From NCBI RefSeq assembly GCF_006345805.1, contig NW_021836924.1, forward strand, positions 1-64,000: a stretch of DNA of 64,000 bases. Direction: 5' to 3'. The stretch's first letter is position 1; each line of letters begins with the position of its first letter. The notes beneath the pieces are model-generated. The model was not told the DNA's origin. It saw only the letters and a program-made list of their open reading frames with translations, and searched no databases. This document shows positions 37,704 to 52,047 of the stretch, piece by piece. The DNA comes from Octopus sinensis. Its lineage: Eukaryota. A program made the position numbers and the translations under genes.

Positions 37704-37928
37704 GATTATGATTTTGAAGTGATGTATCTATCATTTATGTAGACTCTGTTTTTGTTAGTCGTATGTGTGCATGTTCGCGCGCGCGTGTTTGTGTGCGTAT
37801 ATGTGTTTGTGTACGTGCGTGTGTTTCTGTGTGTAAGTGTGTGTGAGTTTGTGTCAATAGCGAAGAAAAAGTAGATGGGATAGACAGGATAAGAAAGAAG
37901 AAAAACTTTCTCGTCATTTCTCGCTTTC

Positions 37929-37978
<50 letters not shown>

Positions 37979-38098
37979 ACACACATGCACACATTTATTT
38001 ACACTTACACTCACATATTTAGATGTGCATGTGTGTGTGTGTATGTATGTATGTTTGTATGTATGTATGTATGTATGTATGTATGTATACGTAACTCC

Positions 38099-38151
<53 letters not shown>

Positions 38152-38235
38152 GAGAGAGAGAGAGGCGAAAGAGAAGGAGATACGTATACATACATACACA
38201 CACATGCACATCTAAATATGTATATATATATATAA

Positions 38236-38267
<32 letters not shown>

Positions 38268-38347
38268 AATATAAATGATATATAAATATATGCACATATA
38301 CATACATATATGTACATACCTACATCTATATGTATATATATATATAC

Positions 38348-38378
<31 letters not shown>

Positions 38379-38382
38379 ATAT

Positions 38383-38430
<48 letters not shown>

Positions 38431-38707
38431 TGCGTATGTATGTATTTCTCTCACCCCCTCTCTCCCTCTCTTTATATATACATCCGTATACAGTATACAT
38501 GTATATGTATGCATGCATACACTATGAAATATTTTCCCCAAATGAAAGCAAAAACAGTCCAAAAGAACGCCATGATTAATAAACCACGGGAGCAACGAAA
38601 GAAACAACGAAATCAAGTAATAGGAATACGAATAATAAAATAATAAAATAATAAAATAAGTATGAAATAAAACATACACGTACGTACGAACGCGCAAAGA
38701 TGAAACA

Positions 38708-38763
<56 letters not shown>

Positions 38764-39233
38764 TCATTCTAACGCACCGAGAAAGCAATGACAAATCTTT
38801 TTATGTTTTTTTTTTATCTTTCGATAATATGAACTTCTATACTTTTAATGTTTTTGTTTTTTTTTTCTTCTTTCTTTACTTCCCGTTAAAATATGTTAAT
38901 AATACATCAAATTGTCAATCTTATACTGTACATAGAAAAAGTAAAAGTAAAACGAAAAAAGAAACAAGTTAAGAAATGAAAATCAAAGCCGAGTAACAGT
39001 TTATATCGAAAAGTGTGTATAAGACCAATACAGCGTATGAATAGTTCTTTTATATTCACTTCACTACGTTGTTTGCTAAAGGAGACATCATTTTAAGAGT
39101 TCACAAAGGCCTTTGGTCCGTCCTTGCTTCTACTTCTCAAAATTTTGTCCGTTCCCGTCGCAGTTTGTTGTTGTTGCTACAGTTGTTGTTGCTGCTGCTG
39201 CTGCTGCTGCTAGTTCTGCTACTGCTGCTGTGT

Positions 39234-40272
39234 GGAGGCGCGTGGCTTAGTGGTTAGGGCGTCAGCATCATGATTGTAAGATTGTGGTTTCGATTCCTGG
39301 ACCGGGCGACGCGTTGTGTTCTTGAGCAAAACACTTCATTTCCCGTTGCTCCAGTCCACTCAGCTGGCAAAAATGAGTAACGCTGCGATGGACTGGCGTC
39401 CCGTCCAGCTGGGGAACACATACGCCATAGAAACAGGGAAACTGGGCCCATGAGCCCGACTAGGCTTTAGAAGGGCGCATTTATTTGTGGAGGCACATGG
39501 CCTAGTGGTTAGAGCAGCAAACTCGCGGTCGAGGGATCGCGGGTTCGAATCTCAGACCGGGCGATGTGTGTGTTTATGAGAGAAACACCAAAGCTCCACG
39601 CGGCTCCGGCAGGAGGTAATGGCGAACTTCTGCTGACTCTTTCGCCACAACTTTCTCTCACTCTTTCCTCCTGCATCTTGCATCTCACCTGCGACGGGCC
39701 GACGTCCCGTCCAGGTGGGGAACCTATGCGCCAAGGAAACCGGGAAACCGGCCCTTATGAGCCAGGCATGGCTTGAGAAGGAACAAACATACGGCTGCTG
39801 TAGTTGTTGTTGTTATTGTTGTTTCGTCAGGAAGGCGTGTGGTTTTGTGGTTACGGTGTTTGGTTTACGATCATAACGTCGTAGGGTGGTTCGAGTCCTT
39901 GACTTGTTAGTGCGTTGTTTCTGCCAATAAAGCACTTTATTTCACGTTGCTGCCGGTTAAGGTTTTCCTCCACCTCCTCCTCCCCTCCTCCCCCTCCTTC
40001 CCCCTCCTCCACGTCATTATCATCATTATTATTATCATTACCCATTTCTTGACTACCCACAAGGGGCTAAACACAGATGAGACAAACAAGGACAGACAAA
40101 CGGAATAAGTCGATTACATCGACCCCAGTGCGTAACTGGTACTTAATTTATCGACCCCGAAAGGATGAAAGGCAAAGTCAACCTCGGCGGAATTTGAACT
40201 CAGAACGTAACGGCAGACGAAATACGGCTACGCATTTCGCCCGGGGTGCTAACGTTTCTGCCAGCTCGCCAC
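39234..40272. mobile_element. Cluster of SINEs (family D 39234-39480 +, family C 39488-39790 +, degenerate D, family B 40050-40272 -)
   Basis: tRNA-like heads (tggcttagtggttagg / ggtttcgattcc) and family consensus matches. Confidence 0.85.
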
Positions 40273-41039
40273 CATCATTATTATTATCATTACCATCATC
40301 GTCGAAATTATCATCATCAGTATCATTTGGTGTCTGTTTTCCATGGTGGTACGGGTGGACGGTTTGACAGGATTCGACGAACTGTGAGGCTGCGCCGCGC
40401 ATGCTTTCAACGGATGGATGCCCTTCCTTACCCCAAACATTTTACAGTGTGTACTGAATGCTTTTGTCGTGCCTGTGGCACTAGTGGGGTCTTCATGTAA
40501 GCCGTAGTACAAAAAGAGCAGAAAGCTCTTTTTTCCATCTAGCTGAAGCATTATAGACGTTCCACTGGATTTTCCCTGCGAGGGCAGAGAGAACGGGGGT
40601 CTACGTCTGCTCGTAGCTGCACAGACACCTATAACAATATTAAAAAGCAAAGATAATGCGACTAAGATACCATCGATTGCGTATGACAGTAACGAGTTGT
40701 CTCAACACAGATCAGTTTTGATAAAGCAGACTAGCTTAAGGTGACCCGCTCTACGCGCGGGTGAGGGTGTGGTTGTTACTTTCTGTTGCTTCCTTTCTAT
40801 TGCTTCCTTTCTGTTCTTATCACTACATTCTCCCTCTTTGTTTCTCTCTCACTTTCCCACTCTCTTACTCTCCTTTCTCTCTGACTCTCCCTCGCTTTCT
40901 CTTACTCTCTATCTTTCTCTATCTATATCATTCCCATTTATAAAAAACAAAAGATTTTGAGTAAGTTCAAAAAGAAAATATTTTGAAAGATCAATTATAA
41001 ATATCAGGCAGTGACAACAGAGAGCACACTTGCCTTTTG

Positions 41040-42225
41040 TACGAGCCACTGTTTGAGCGATTAGAAATAAGGAAAAAAGGGATTTCTTTGTTAAATTTAG
41101 TACTTATTTTGGGAATTTTTCGACGATTGACCATGCAAATGAAAATTCTAAGCACGGGCTACATGCAACTGTAAATTTCTTTCAGAAAAAATGAAAACTG
41201 TAAACAATAAAAAATAAAAGACAAAAATACGTAAAAATGAGAAAATTTTCAACTTAAAAATCTTGCCTTAATTTTCAAAATTTCGAACCCATTTTCTGCG
41301 CTTAAATTACAAATCCGCTTCCACTTTACCATGTTGAAAATTTGATTGAAATCAGGCAAAAGGTGTTCAATCTAGACCCCCAAGTGTCCCCCAAAATCAA
41401 TAAAATCCCCGTTTTCACAGCAAAGCAACCACTGTAGCGCCCCCAAAACGTCTCCCAATCAATTTCTCACCTCAAGTTACCCCCTCCTGTAAATTTTAAT
41501 CCCCTTCCAGCCCCATTTAGACCCCCTTTTTTTTTACCTAAAAATCAATTTATATCAACGTTGGCCTTCTTCATTTTATAGATTAGATTAGATGCCAATC
41601 GTGCTAATCTGGAGGGGCTTATAGCCACCCCCCCCCTTGAATCGATAAAAAATCACTCTTTTCACCATAGCAACCGCATCTTTCCAGATGGCGAGTTTTA
41701 ACCTACTCAACTCTCTGTCTCATCACACCTATGCCTGTGTCAAATTTCAGCTCGATCCGATCACTGGTCTGGCCGCCAACCCATGACGTAGCAAAATGTG
41801 CACACAATTTTGACCCAAAGCTTCTTATATATATAGATAGCAGAGAAACCCGGTCTTGCTCGGGATTAAAATAGTTTACTATTGTTTTATTTGTTTCGGT
41901 ATTATAACCCGATTTCATTCGGGTCTACGCGGGCCACACATTAAAAGATAAGAAATTTTGCCCTAGAGGCCACACTTTTCAATTGAGCAAACTCAAAGTT
42001 GCCATGCAAACTCGCTAGGACTTTTAACATAGGTGTGCAAATTTTCAGCTAACACTTTTGCCTGTATAACTGCTTGTGAGACAACGTCCGCCCTTTTCAC
42101 AAATATATAGTAGATTTATAGAGATACCCGGCCTTGCTTGGGATTAAAATGGCATAGGTTTTCATTGTTTTACTTGTTTGGTTAATATAACCCGATTTCA
42201 TTCGGGTCTACTCGGGCCACAACTA
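41040..42225 (-). mobile_element. Head-to-tail array of non-autonomous Helitron-like elements
   Basis: Minus-strand 5' TC(TA)n-type starts at ~41837 and ~42114; 3' hairpins cccgagcaagaccggg at ~41850 and ~42130; duplicated subterminal block 41845-41935 / 42125-42220. Confidence 0.6.
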
Positions 42226-43661
42226 GCTGAAAGGACGGAACAATATCTGATTCTTCTCATTTTCCTTTTCTTTCTCAAACATGGCCTTACCCGGAAGACG
42301 CAACGTGAAGACGCTCAGCCTGTTGTTGCCTTGGTAGCAGACCATCTGCTCAACGACTTCAAGTAACAAGATATAAATTTGGCATCCATCATCAAACCCA
42401 GAATTTCTGAGGCGCTAATCTTCATGCCTACCTTCAGCGACTTCAAGATCAACGCATTTCCAAGTTGGGTGTGACTGAAAGAGTGTGCTGCTGTGTTGTT
42501 TCGGAAACGTCTGGATCTCATGATACAAACTATCTTCATGGATCCAGAAGTCAATAGCGAAAGCTATATTTTTAGACTAGTAGTTTTCTACGCCCGAACA
42601 GGGACGAGGGTGGCCAGATATCTGCGTGCAACTCGAAGTTATCCTTGGAACGTCCGGCTCCTTACTGCTAGGGATGATTGAAACGTTATATTAGATACAG
42701 AAATGGACTGTGGGATTATTAGATGATAGGAGAGGGGTTTTAAACCGGTTCGGACCTTTCGAACTGTTTGAGATGTACTGACGGGATTTCCATATTGTGC
42801 TATGTGGACATGGAAAAACCGTATCAGGTCATCCACATCATATCTAGATAGTGTTCTGCAGGCTAGTAAATAGACAGCATAGAGTGTCCACAAATCAAAG
42901 TGGTTAGCTTGACAGATCACAAATTTGTGATTTATACGCTTGATTTTATATAAACTTCATAGGCAGGGATCCAGCTACTGGAAACTAGATGCGTTGTTTC
43001 CGGAATATCGAGCTTACAAAGATCAAATTATCGAATTAACTAATTAGGCTAGGTTTAGGAGAGACTCGTTAACAACAAATAGTAGTTCACTTTGAAAAGA
43101 GCGATTAGAGTAGAATTGGCAGTTTAGTAAGGAAGTTGTGACAGAGAAAACTGCAATAAAGACAGAACAAGATAGAAATCTAGAAGAAGCACTGAGAAAA
43201 GTGATCCCGACCGATGAGCTTGCGGCAAAATTGGCTGTCGACCATTTTTCTTCGATTCGATGCAAGAGGCCTGCTTTGGCAGGTCTAAGGTGCGTTGTCT
43301 AAGACGCGAAGGAACGAAATTCATTCATTGTGTCTGAGTGGTGCAGGTGCAACAATACAACAAAACCACCATACAGTTTTCCTTGTACTCTGATTACTTT
43401 GATGGCCTGCTACTTCTTTCATCGGCGGAGTGTTGCGAAAGGCCGATAACATCCGCTGAAACACAGAAAGTGATGACTGGCTCTACGAGGGACAAATTGC
43501 TCGGTTTTGGTGGGTTGCCTGTGAGCTTTATCCTATGTAAGACTTCCATGTCTGTGAACCTAGGAGCAGTAGTGCTGCTGACAAAGGACCAAAACCAAAA
43601 GAATTTCGTTGATATTTTTCAGCCAAAAATTCTGCTGAATGCAGACATTAAAGTATTGACC

Positions 43662-44000
43662 AATGGCTCAGTGGTTAGAGCGTCGAGCTTACGATCGTGA
43701 GGTTGTGAGCTCGAATCCCGGACCGGGCTGCGTGTTGTGTTCTTGAGCAAAGCACTTTATTTTCACGTTGCTCCAGTTCACTCAGCTGTAGAAATGAGTT
43801 GCGACGTCACAGGTGCCAAGCTGTATCGACCTTTGTCTTTCCCTTGGATAACACTGGTGGCGTGGAGAGGGGAGGCTGGTATGCATGGGCGACTGCTGGT
43901 CTTCCATAAACAATCTTGCCCGGACTTGTGTCTAGGAGGGTAACTTTCTAGGTGCAATCCCATGGTCATTCATGACCGAAGGGGGTCTTTACCCTTAGTG
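43662..44000 (+). mobile_element. tRNA-derived SINE family D
   Basis: tggctcagtggttagagcg..gctcgaatccc..ttcttgagcaaagcactttattttcacgttgctccag; related copy on the minus strand at ~4000-4250. Confidence 0.85.
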
Positions 44001-45418
44001 AATAGTTGGCACTTGTCGGAAGTTTGTCAGTGGTACAAAAACTTGCACCAACCCGAACAGATCTGTTCACGACATTCTCCATCGCATGCGATACATTACA
44101 GAGAGAGTGGGTAAGGCTCCTTATATGGGTGGGTAGCTGAACAACACGGGTCAATCAAAATCTTCTATGAAGTTGACGCCAATTCTTGGAGGTTGTCCTC
44201 GCAGTAAACGATTACCAATCAGCTCCCAGTGCCTAAATCACCACATTGTGCAACATCTACTCTGTGGTCAGAATAAACAGCCACTTATCGAGAACGTTCA
44301 GTATTATGCACTCAGTGCGTCAAGGTTGTCTTCTCGCATTTCTTCTGTATATGCTGACTATAGAGCAACTACTACAGAAACTTAAAGTTTCTGTAGTAAT
44401 ATGCTAAAGATCTATGTGAGCATACGCAGACGATAAGACAGTATTTGTATCGGAGACCGAGAACACCGCTCTAAGAGACGGTGAGGCAGTGACAGGAGCA
44501 AAACTCAAATAAGAAAAGTCAATGGGTCTGCATCTAGACAGGTAGAAAGGCAGACTCATGCCATCCAACATCGTGAGGTGTTGGACAGACAGACCATTTA
44601 AATTGCGCGGAGTCTAGTTTCGCCCAGACTTCTTAGTAGAAAAGAACTACTACGATATAATGAGCAAGGTAACTGTCTCATACAAAAATGGGCCAAGAGG
44701 AAACTGTCGCCGAAGGGTCACACAGAGGTGGAGAACGCCATCATTATGGTTCTCTGTCGTTGTCATCTGACTGTCGTAACTTGCTCACTTTTGACGAGGC
44801 TGGAACATCAGTGAAAAAGACGCTTCACTGGTCTGCTGCCAACACTTGCTACGTAAAACTGAATATACCGTGACCTGTATTGTGCATACATTTGCTGAAA
44901 TTACATAATCTCTAGCGAATCGTTGGTGGTGAAGAGATAAAGTTGCCGTTTGTCAGACACGACTTTTCTATGCTTATCTCTTTAACAGAGCTGTTGGGGA
45001 GCTTAGCCTCTTGACTGTCGTCAGGCGCTCACGGCACGCTACCTGCCGGACAATGCGGTTGGCTGAAATTCTACATTGGCGTTCTAAAGAAGATTAGTGG
45101 CGGGTAGAAGAGACGACGATTAGCAAAAATTTGGGCGTCACAGAAAACCAACTAAGTTTATCTTGAAGAATTCCCGTTCGAGATGCATGAAGAACGACGA
45201 AACGGTTCTACATGCACTTGCCCGAGCTATGTCAAACAGCACCTGCCACCTGTCGGTCGATTCCGGCCATCATCTCGCTACTGAGTCCTTTGTGAAAAGC
45301 TCATCACCACCTCCTTTAGCTGAGAAGAGTGGTGATGGCGAAAAGGATTGTGGGGAGAATATAATCGTAAGTGTTGAGGACAGGGAGTTTTCACCTTTAG
45401 CTAGATTCTTGTCAGTGA

Positions 45419-45745
45419 GGGCGCGTGGCTTAGTGGTTAGGGCATTCGGCTCATGATCGTAAGGTTGTGAGTTCGATTCCCGGCGACGCGTTGTGTCCTT
45501 GAGCAAGGCACTTTATTTTCACGTTGCTCCAGTCCACTCAGCTGGCAAAAATGAGTTGTACTTGTATTTCAAAGGGTCAGCCTTGTCACTCTCTGTGTCA
45601 CGCTGATTATCCCCGAGAACTACGTTAAGGGTACACGTGTCTGTGGAATGCTCAGCCATTTGCACGTTAATCTCACGAGCAAGCTGTTCCGTTGATTCGG
45701 ATCAGCTGGGACCTCGTCGTCGTAACCGGCGGAGTCTTTTTTTTT
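45419..45745 (+). mobile_element. SINE family D copy
   Basis: ggcgcgtggcttagtggttaggg..gagttcgattcc..ccttgagcaagg. Confidence 0.85.
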
Positions 45746-48039
45746 TTAAGATTCTTGTCAACTTTTTCAAGTTTCACTTGTAAAGGTGTGAGGATGGAAA
45801 TGGACGTACTGATTTCAAGTAAGTTCGTTCAAAAGTTGATGAGGATTGTGGGCATGGTCCGAGTAAACGGGCCTCTGCTAAGAATGTGCCATTAGAATCG
45901 AAGCTAAAAAGCTAGTTGGGGGCACTTGCCTTAGTGGGCAGGGTGACTGTTCTTTTGTGGGGTTTCCACGGATGGCACTTGCAAGTCTCCTCTCAACTAG
46001 GAAACTTTCATTGTTTAAAATGTTATTGTTGTTGCTTACTTTTTGTCTACATGTAGAACCCGACTTCTGTTTTTGTAAGGTTGTCCTGGAAACGTCCTCG
46101 TTGCTGTATGTTCCCTGGTGTACTGAATTTTGTACCACTACTGCAGATACAAGAGCTATTGGATGGAGATAACCCGCACGAATTGGGAGATAAAAGACTC
46201 GTGTCGGCGTACAGGGATGATGTCACATCCATAGGATCAGACACAAAGCACATCGAGCTGATTGTTACTGCTCTAAAGGACAACGAGACGGTGTAAAGAG
46301 CAAAATTTAACCATGAAAAGTCTTCGGGCCTACAGCTCAACACTTGGTGGGACAGTACCAACGGCATTCGGGGCCACTGGACGCCCCGGTTAAATTGCTC
46401 GCAGCTTAGTCTGGTCCATATCTCCAGCTAGAGAAGAACTGGGACCAGGTGACGAGCAGGAGAGCCAATCTCACCCAGAAATGAACCGAGAAAAAGATAT
46501 TCCCGAAAGATCGAGCAAAGGCGGAAAACGTTTACATCTCATCCATAATATATTTCCGCTTGACTGTCGTTCCACACCAGCTGACAGATCACCGGACTGG
46601 CATAGCCACTCTTCCGCTTTCTGTGGAAGAGACGTGTCCCTAGTTAGCCACTGCACTTCATGTCAACATCTGTTGCATGTAGATGTGCGCATGCTGTGGA
46701 TGGTGATACGCAGACATGCGCTGAGGTTATGATATACCCAACGTTTCCTTGGTGAGGAGCAGATGTGGTCGGCGTTTATGAAGTCCTGTTTTCAAACCAC
46801 TTATCTTTCCGACTGAGCAGCAGTCCTAGATTAAGCATCGGTCAAGGTAGGATGCCTGAAACCTCAAGTGTTGTCAGGTACTGAAAACCCTCTGCTAGTC
46901 AGGCAATATTGTTGGTATAATTTCTACATTGGTGTTCGGTAGAGAGTTAATGGATAGCAAAGGTAATGACATTCTAGGGATGATTTTGGACATCGATGAA
47001 GATCAGTTGGTTAGCTCTTTCCAGAGGACTCGGAAATCTCTTGCCTGGTAAGACTACCAGTATTATCAGTTCGAGATAATCTCGCCTGACAGTCGGGTTT
47101 GGCTGAGAAGCGCGCCGAGTGATGAAACTGTTCTACATGCACTCGTCCAGGGTCTGAGCGTTTCTGATTTGTAGAATTATGTCAAACTTCCTGTCGTGTG
47201 TAGAATGTATCCATCTACGATCGGAGTCCATTCGTTTGGCTGCGGATGCTAGGCAGTGTTTATCTGTTTGATGGCCATTGCGAAAGAGGTTGTTTACTGG
47301 ACCATTCTGAAACAGCTGAAGTTGCATACTTTCCTCAGTGTCTAGGCCTTCAAGAAAATCAACAGGAGATGCAAACTCTGCTCCGAGGAATCCCTGTTTA
47401 TTTAAGGAGATCATTAATAGAATTTCTGAATGAATCTCAAGGTGCTTATATACTTATAAATGCACTTTCGAACAATGCAGAGGGAATGAATTTGAATAGC
47501 CGTTAACCACATTTATGATCATAATTTATCTTAAGGTATGGATGAATTTAATCTAACTCTAGCCTACCCCATTCTTCCAAATAATAAGTTGCTATTCAAT
47601 TCACTGTGTGGACGTTGTACACCAAACCACGTGTGTGCGTATGCTAATATATCTTCATAGATGTTTGTAAGAGCCATACAATCTAAGCGAGAGCATTTTA
47701 CATCCGTATCTATTAACGGTTATGTTTAATACTTTTTTGCTGTATTGAGTATTCGTTACTTTTGGCATTTGTTATTTATTATCGATCTTATATAAAAATG
47801 AAGCTGTATCTTTTTAATTTGCTGCTTTTCTATACACAAGCCGAGAAGATATCTTGCCGAACAGTTATTATTTTAACGAGATGCATCTTGTAATCACCTG
47901 AAGAGAAGCATCTTGCACCGTCAGATAATTCAAAACCAGTGAAGTATCCAAATCCGTGTGGGAGCAAGGCTTGGTGGGTCGAAACAATGATAGTGACTGA
48001 TAAACATTCTCATATCTACCATCTTCCAATTCTCTCATT

Positions 48040-48123
<84 letters not shown>

Positions 48124-48219
48124 GCACACACACGCACACACACGCACACACACACATACACATTATATATATATTCATACATAATTTACATACATATATA
48201 TACATGTATACATATATAC

Positions 48220-48296
<77 letters not shown>

Positions 48297-48386
48297 CATA
48301 TATATTTATAATGCATATATATATATATATATATACATACATATATATATATACATATATATATAAATATATACATATATGTAATG

Positions 48387-48447
<61 letters not shown>

Positions 48448-48452
<5 letters not shown>

Positions 48453-48750
48453 CGCAATGGTCCAGAGGTTAGGGCAGCGGACTCGCGGTCGTAGGATCGC
48501 GGTTTCGATTCCCAGACCGGGCGTTGTGAGTGTTTATTGAGCGAAGAAACCTAAAGCTCCACGAGGCTCCAGCAGTGGGTGGTGGCGGTCCCTGCTATAC
48601 TCTTTCGCCACAACTTTCGCTCACTCTTTCTTCTGTTTTCCTGCTCGCTTAGCCAGCGGGGTGGCGTCATTTGGAGGCTAAAACAATGCGAAGCGCATTG
48701 TGATCAGCGATGTGTAGCAGCATCTGATAGCCTCGTCGGTTACGGTGATC
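48448..48750 (+). mobile_element. SINE family C copy
   Basis: Family C consensus match. Confidence 0.88.
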
Positions 48751-48767
48751 ACATATACATACATACA

Positions 48768-48803
<36 letters not shown>

Positions 48804-48805
48804 CA

Positions 48806-48971
48806 CGCTTTCGTCCATTCTGGTGGAGTTTTCAAATTGAACTAAGTTCTTGTGGAAAAAGTTTGACCATTTTATAGTGTTATTGAGTGTGTAGTGGTGG
48901 GGAGGGATATAAGATAGTACAAGAGGGTGATGAATGGGGAGAAAGTGAGAGAGAGCATGTGTGTGTGTGTG

Positions 48972-49047
<76 letters not shown>

Positions 49048-49356
49048 GAGAGAAAGAAGACCATAAATTGTATTTCCATTTTATCTTTGTCTTGAAAGAG
49101 AGAGTGCGTGTGCGTGTGTGTGTGTGTGATTGTGTGCGCCTGTGTGTGTGTGTGTGGTGCGTGTGTTTGTGTCTTTGTATCTGAAAGAGGTGTTAGGGAG
49201 GAATGGTCAAGTTGTTAAGAGTAACCAGTCATTGGCTTTTAGTAATGTTCTAGAGTGCCAATTTTGCTTATATTTTTGCAACTGTAAATGATTTTTTGTT
49301 TTTAGAAATTGGCAATTTCAAAAAAGGATTTCTTTTTATTATTGTTTTGTGAAGGT

Positions 49357-49387
<31 letters not shown>

Positions 49388-49397
49388 ATTGTGTGCG

Positions 49398-49450
<53 letters not shown>

Positions 49451-50525
49451 GTGTGGGAATAAAACAAACCTGTTTTTGTAATCCAGATTTTCCATCCCAT
49501 CTAAGCACAGGAATAAAACATTGGATTGAAAGAACTGAATAGTGGTATAAATATCACCAGAATTATTTCTTCTTCCTCTTTTTCTTCTTTCTTCCCTTCT
49601 CCAACGACACCCCTTCCAGATTCACAGGCGCCCACACACACACACGCACATACACACACACACACACACATACCTTCACAAAACAATAATAAAAAGAAAT
49701 CCAGATAATTCTTTTTTGAAATTGCCAATTTCTAAAAACCAAAAATCATTTACAGTTGCAAAAATATAAACAAAAGTGGCACTCTAGAACATTACTAAAA
49801 GCCAATGACTGGTTACTCTTAACAACTTGACCATTCCCCCCTGACACTCCTTTCAGATACAAAGACACAAACACACGCACCACACACGCGCGCACATAAA
49901 CACACACACACACACACTCTCTCTCTCACAAGACAATGATAAAAAGGAAATGCAATTTATGATCGTCTTTCTCCTCCTTTTCTTCCTTTCCTTGTTTTTC
50001 TTTAACACTCCTTTAAGATGCAAACGCACACACACACGCACACACACACACATGCTCTCTCTCACTTTCTTCCCTCTTGTTCTATCTTATATCCCTCCCC
50101 ACCACTACACACTCAATAACACTATAAAATGGTCAAATGTTTTCCCCAAGATCTTAGACACCCCCCTTGGAGTAAACATCCTGACCAACTACAAAAGTAA
50201 CCAGCAAAACAATATTTTCTTCTTCCCTCTCTCCCTTTTCTTTCTTTCCTTCTTTTTCTTTAACTATTCTTTCAGATACAAAAACACACACGCACGCGCA
50301 CACACACACACACACGCACGCACGCACACACACACACACACAACACACACACACACACGCACACACACACTTATGCTCTCTCTCACTTTCTCTCCATTCA
50401 TCACCCTCTTGTACTATCTTATATCCCTCCCCACCACTACACACTCAATAACACTATAAAATGGTCAAAATTTTTCCACAAGAACTTAGTTCAATTTGAA
50501 AACTCCACCAGAATGGACGAAAGCG
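48806..50525. mobile_element. 1.7-kb fold-back element (long inverted repeats with (CA)n inserts)
   Basis: cgctttcgtccattctggtggag... at 48806 is the reverse complement of ...ctccaccagaatggacgaaagcg at 50525. Pairing continues inward to ~49460/49625. Confidence 0.85.
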
Positions 50526-50826
50526 CTAATATATGATATATGATATAAGTTATATGATGTATAAAAACATGTAATATACAAATAAATATCTGTAAATATA
50601 AAACCATCCGAATTTCTGAGTACCTCATTTCTTCTAATATAAAATACTTGTACATCATCTCCAAACATTCTAATAAACAAATGGAAGTAAATAACTATAT
50701 ACATATATTTTTTTATTTCATTTATTTTTATTTTTATTTTTTAAACATTTTATTTATATTTATTACTATTATTACTATTATTATTGTTATACATATATAC
50801 ATACATACACAATAATAATAATAATG

Positions 50827-50893
<67 letters not shown>

Positions 50894-51350
50894 GTGGGTA
50901 TAAACACATGAACAAAATAAGAATAAACAAAAACAAAAACAAATTACACGAACGTATATAAACAGGAGATACAAATATTACAGGCGTTTCCCCCCCCCCA
51001 TACACAAACACACACACACACACTAACTAAACATAGACGCACATAGAGATATACGCATGCGCAAATGAAGACATATACAATAGAAATACAAAATGGTTGA
51101 CGGTTAGTAAGGAAAGACACACAAATAAGAAAGAAGAAAGCAAAGGACCACTGCTGCGGTCACAGGAGTGTGACGAAAGAACTCTGGCCGAAATAAGATT
51201 AAGATTAATGCAAAAAATAAATAACGATGAAGCAAAGTAAAACCAAATATATAGTGCGTGTGTTTTTATTAGCTAAACTAGCAAAATGACCATTCCTAAA
51301 TACAACAATATCTGTTTCAACACACGATTTCACATCAAAAATCTCGCAAA

Positions 51351-51433
<83 letters not shown>

Positions 51434-52047
51434 CACATACATACATACACATACACATATGACTCAATGAGAGGTTATAATTTTTGAATGTAAGAAATAC
51501 GCGTTAAAAATTAAAGAAATCGAAGACATTTATTTGGTAAACAAAGAATATTTCTTATAGAAAAGTAAAAAAAAAAAAGTTAAATTAGGAAAAAAATTGT
51601 TGTTCGCATATTATTTTTAGTCTTTGAAGTTTGAAATAGTTTCAATATATTTAAAAAATTTTTAATTCTTACCAAATTTTAAGTAAAGAATAAATGTTTC
51701 TCATATGTTTCGAACGTGACTCAATGGGAGGATTCAATTTAGAAGTAAGGAAATATATGTTTATTTTTTTTCAAAAATGTTGAGAGTTTCTTAAAAGTAA
51801 AAATTTCCCATCAAAAAGTTCTTTTAATTTAGATAGAGAATATTGTCCATTTAGTATTTTTGACCTATCAATCTTTCAATAGTTTCAATGTATTTTTATA
51901 ATATTAAAGTTTTATCAAGTTTCATTACTTATCTCAATCTGCGTCCATGGTTTTGTTTTCTTTCATTGGTTATAATCAATCTGATTTTTTGTTATTGATT
52001 TTTCTCTTGAATGTTGTCTTCGTTGTTTTTTCTTTTGTTTTCCTTAA

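Larger units (their letters stand above)
42230..47500 (+). mobile_element. Heavily decayed L1/Tx1-like retrotransposon interrupted by SINEs
   Basis: RPITSAE..DKLLGFGGLP..VVLLTKD..FQPKILLNADIKVL (43430-43660) and VSAYRDDVT (YADD-like, ~46200); many stops. Boundaries are approximate. Confidence 0.55.

Noticed and set aside
39234-39560. tRNA-like sequences (A and B boxes)
   Set aside because: They are SINE heads continuing into SINE bodies; no complete cloverleaf.
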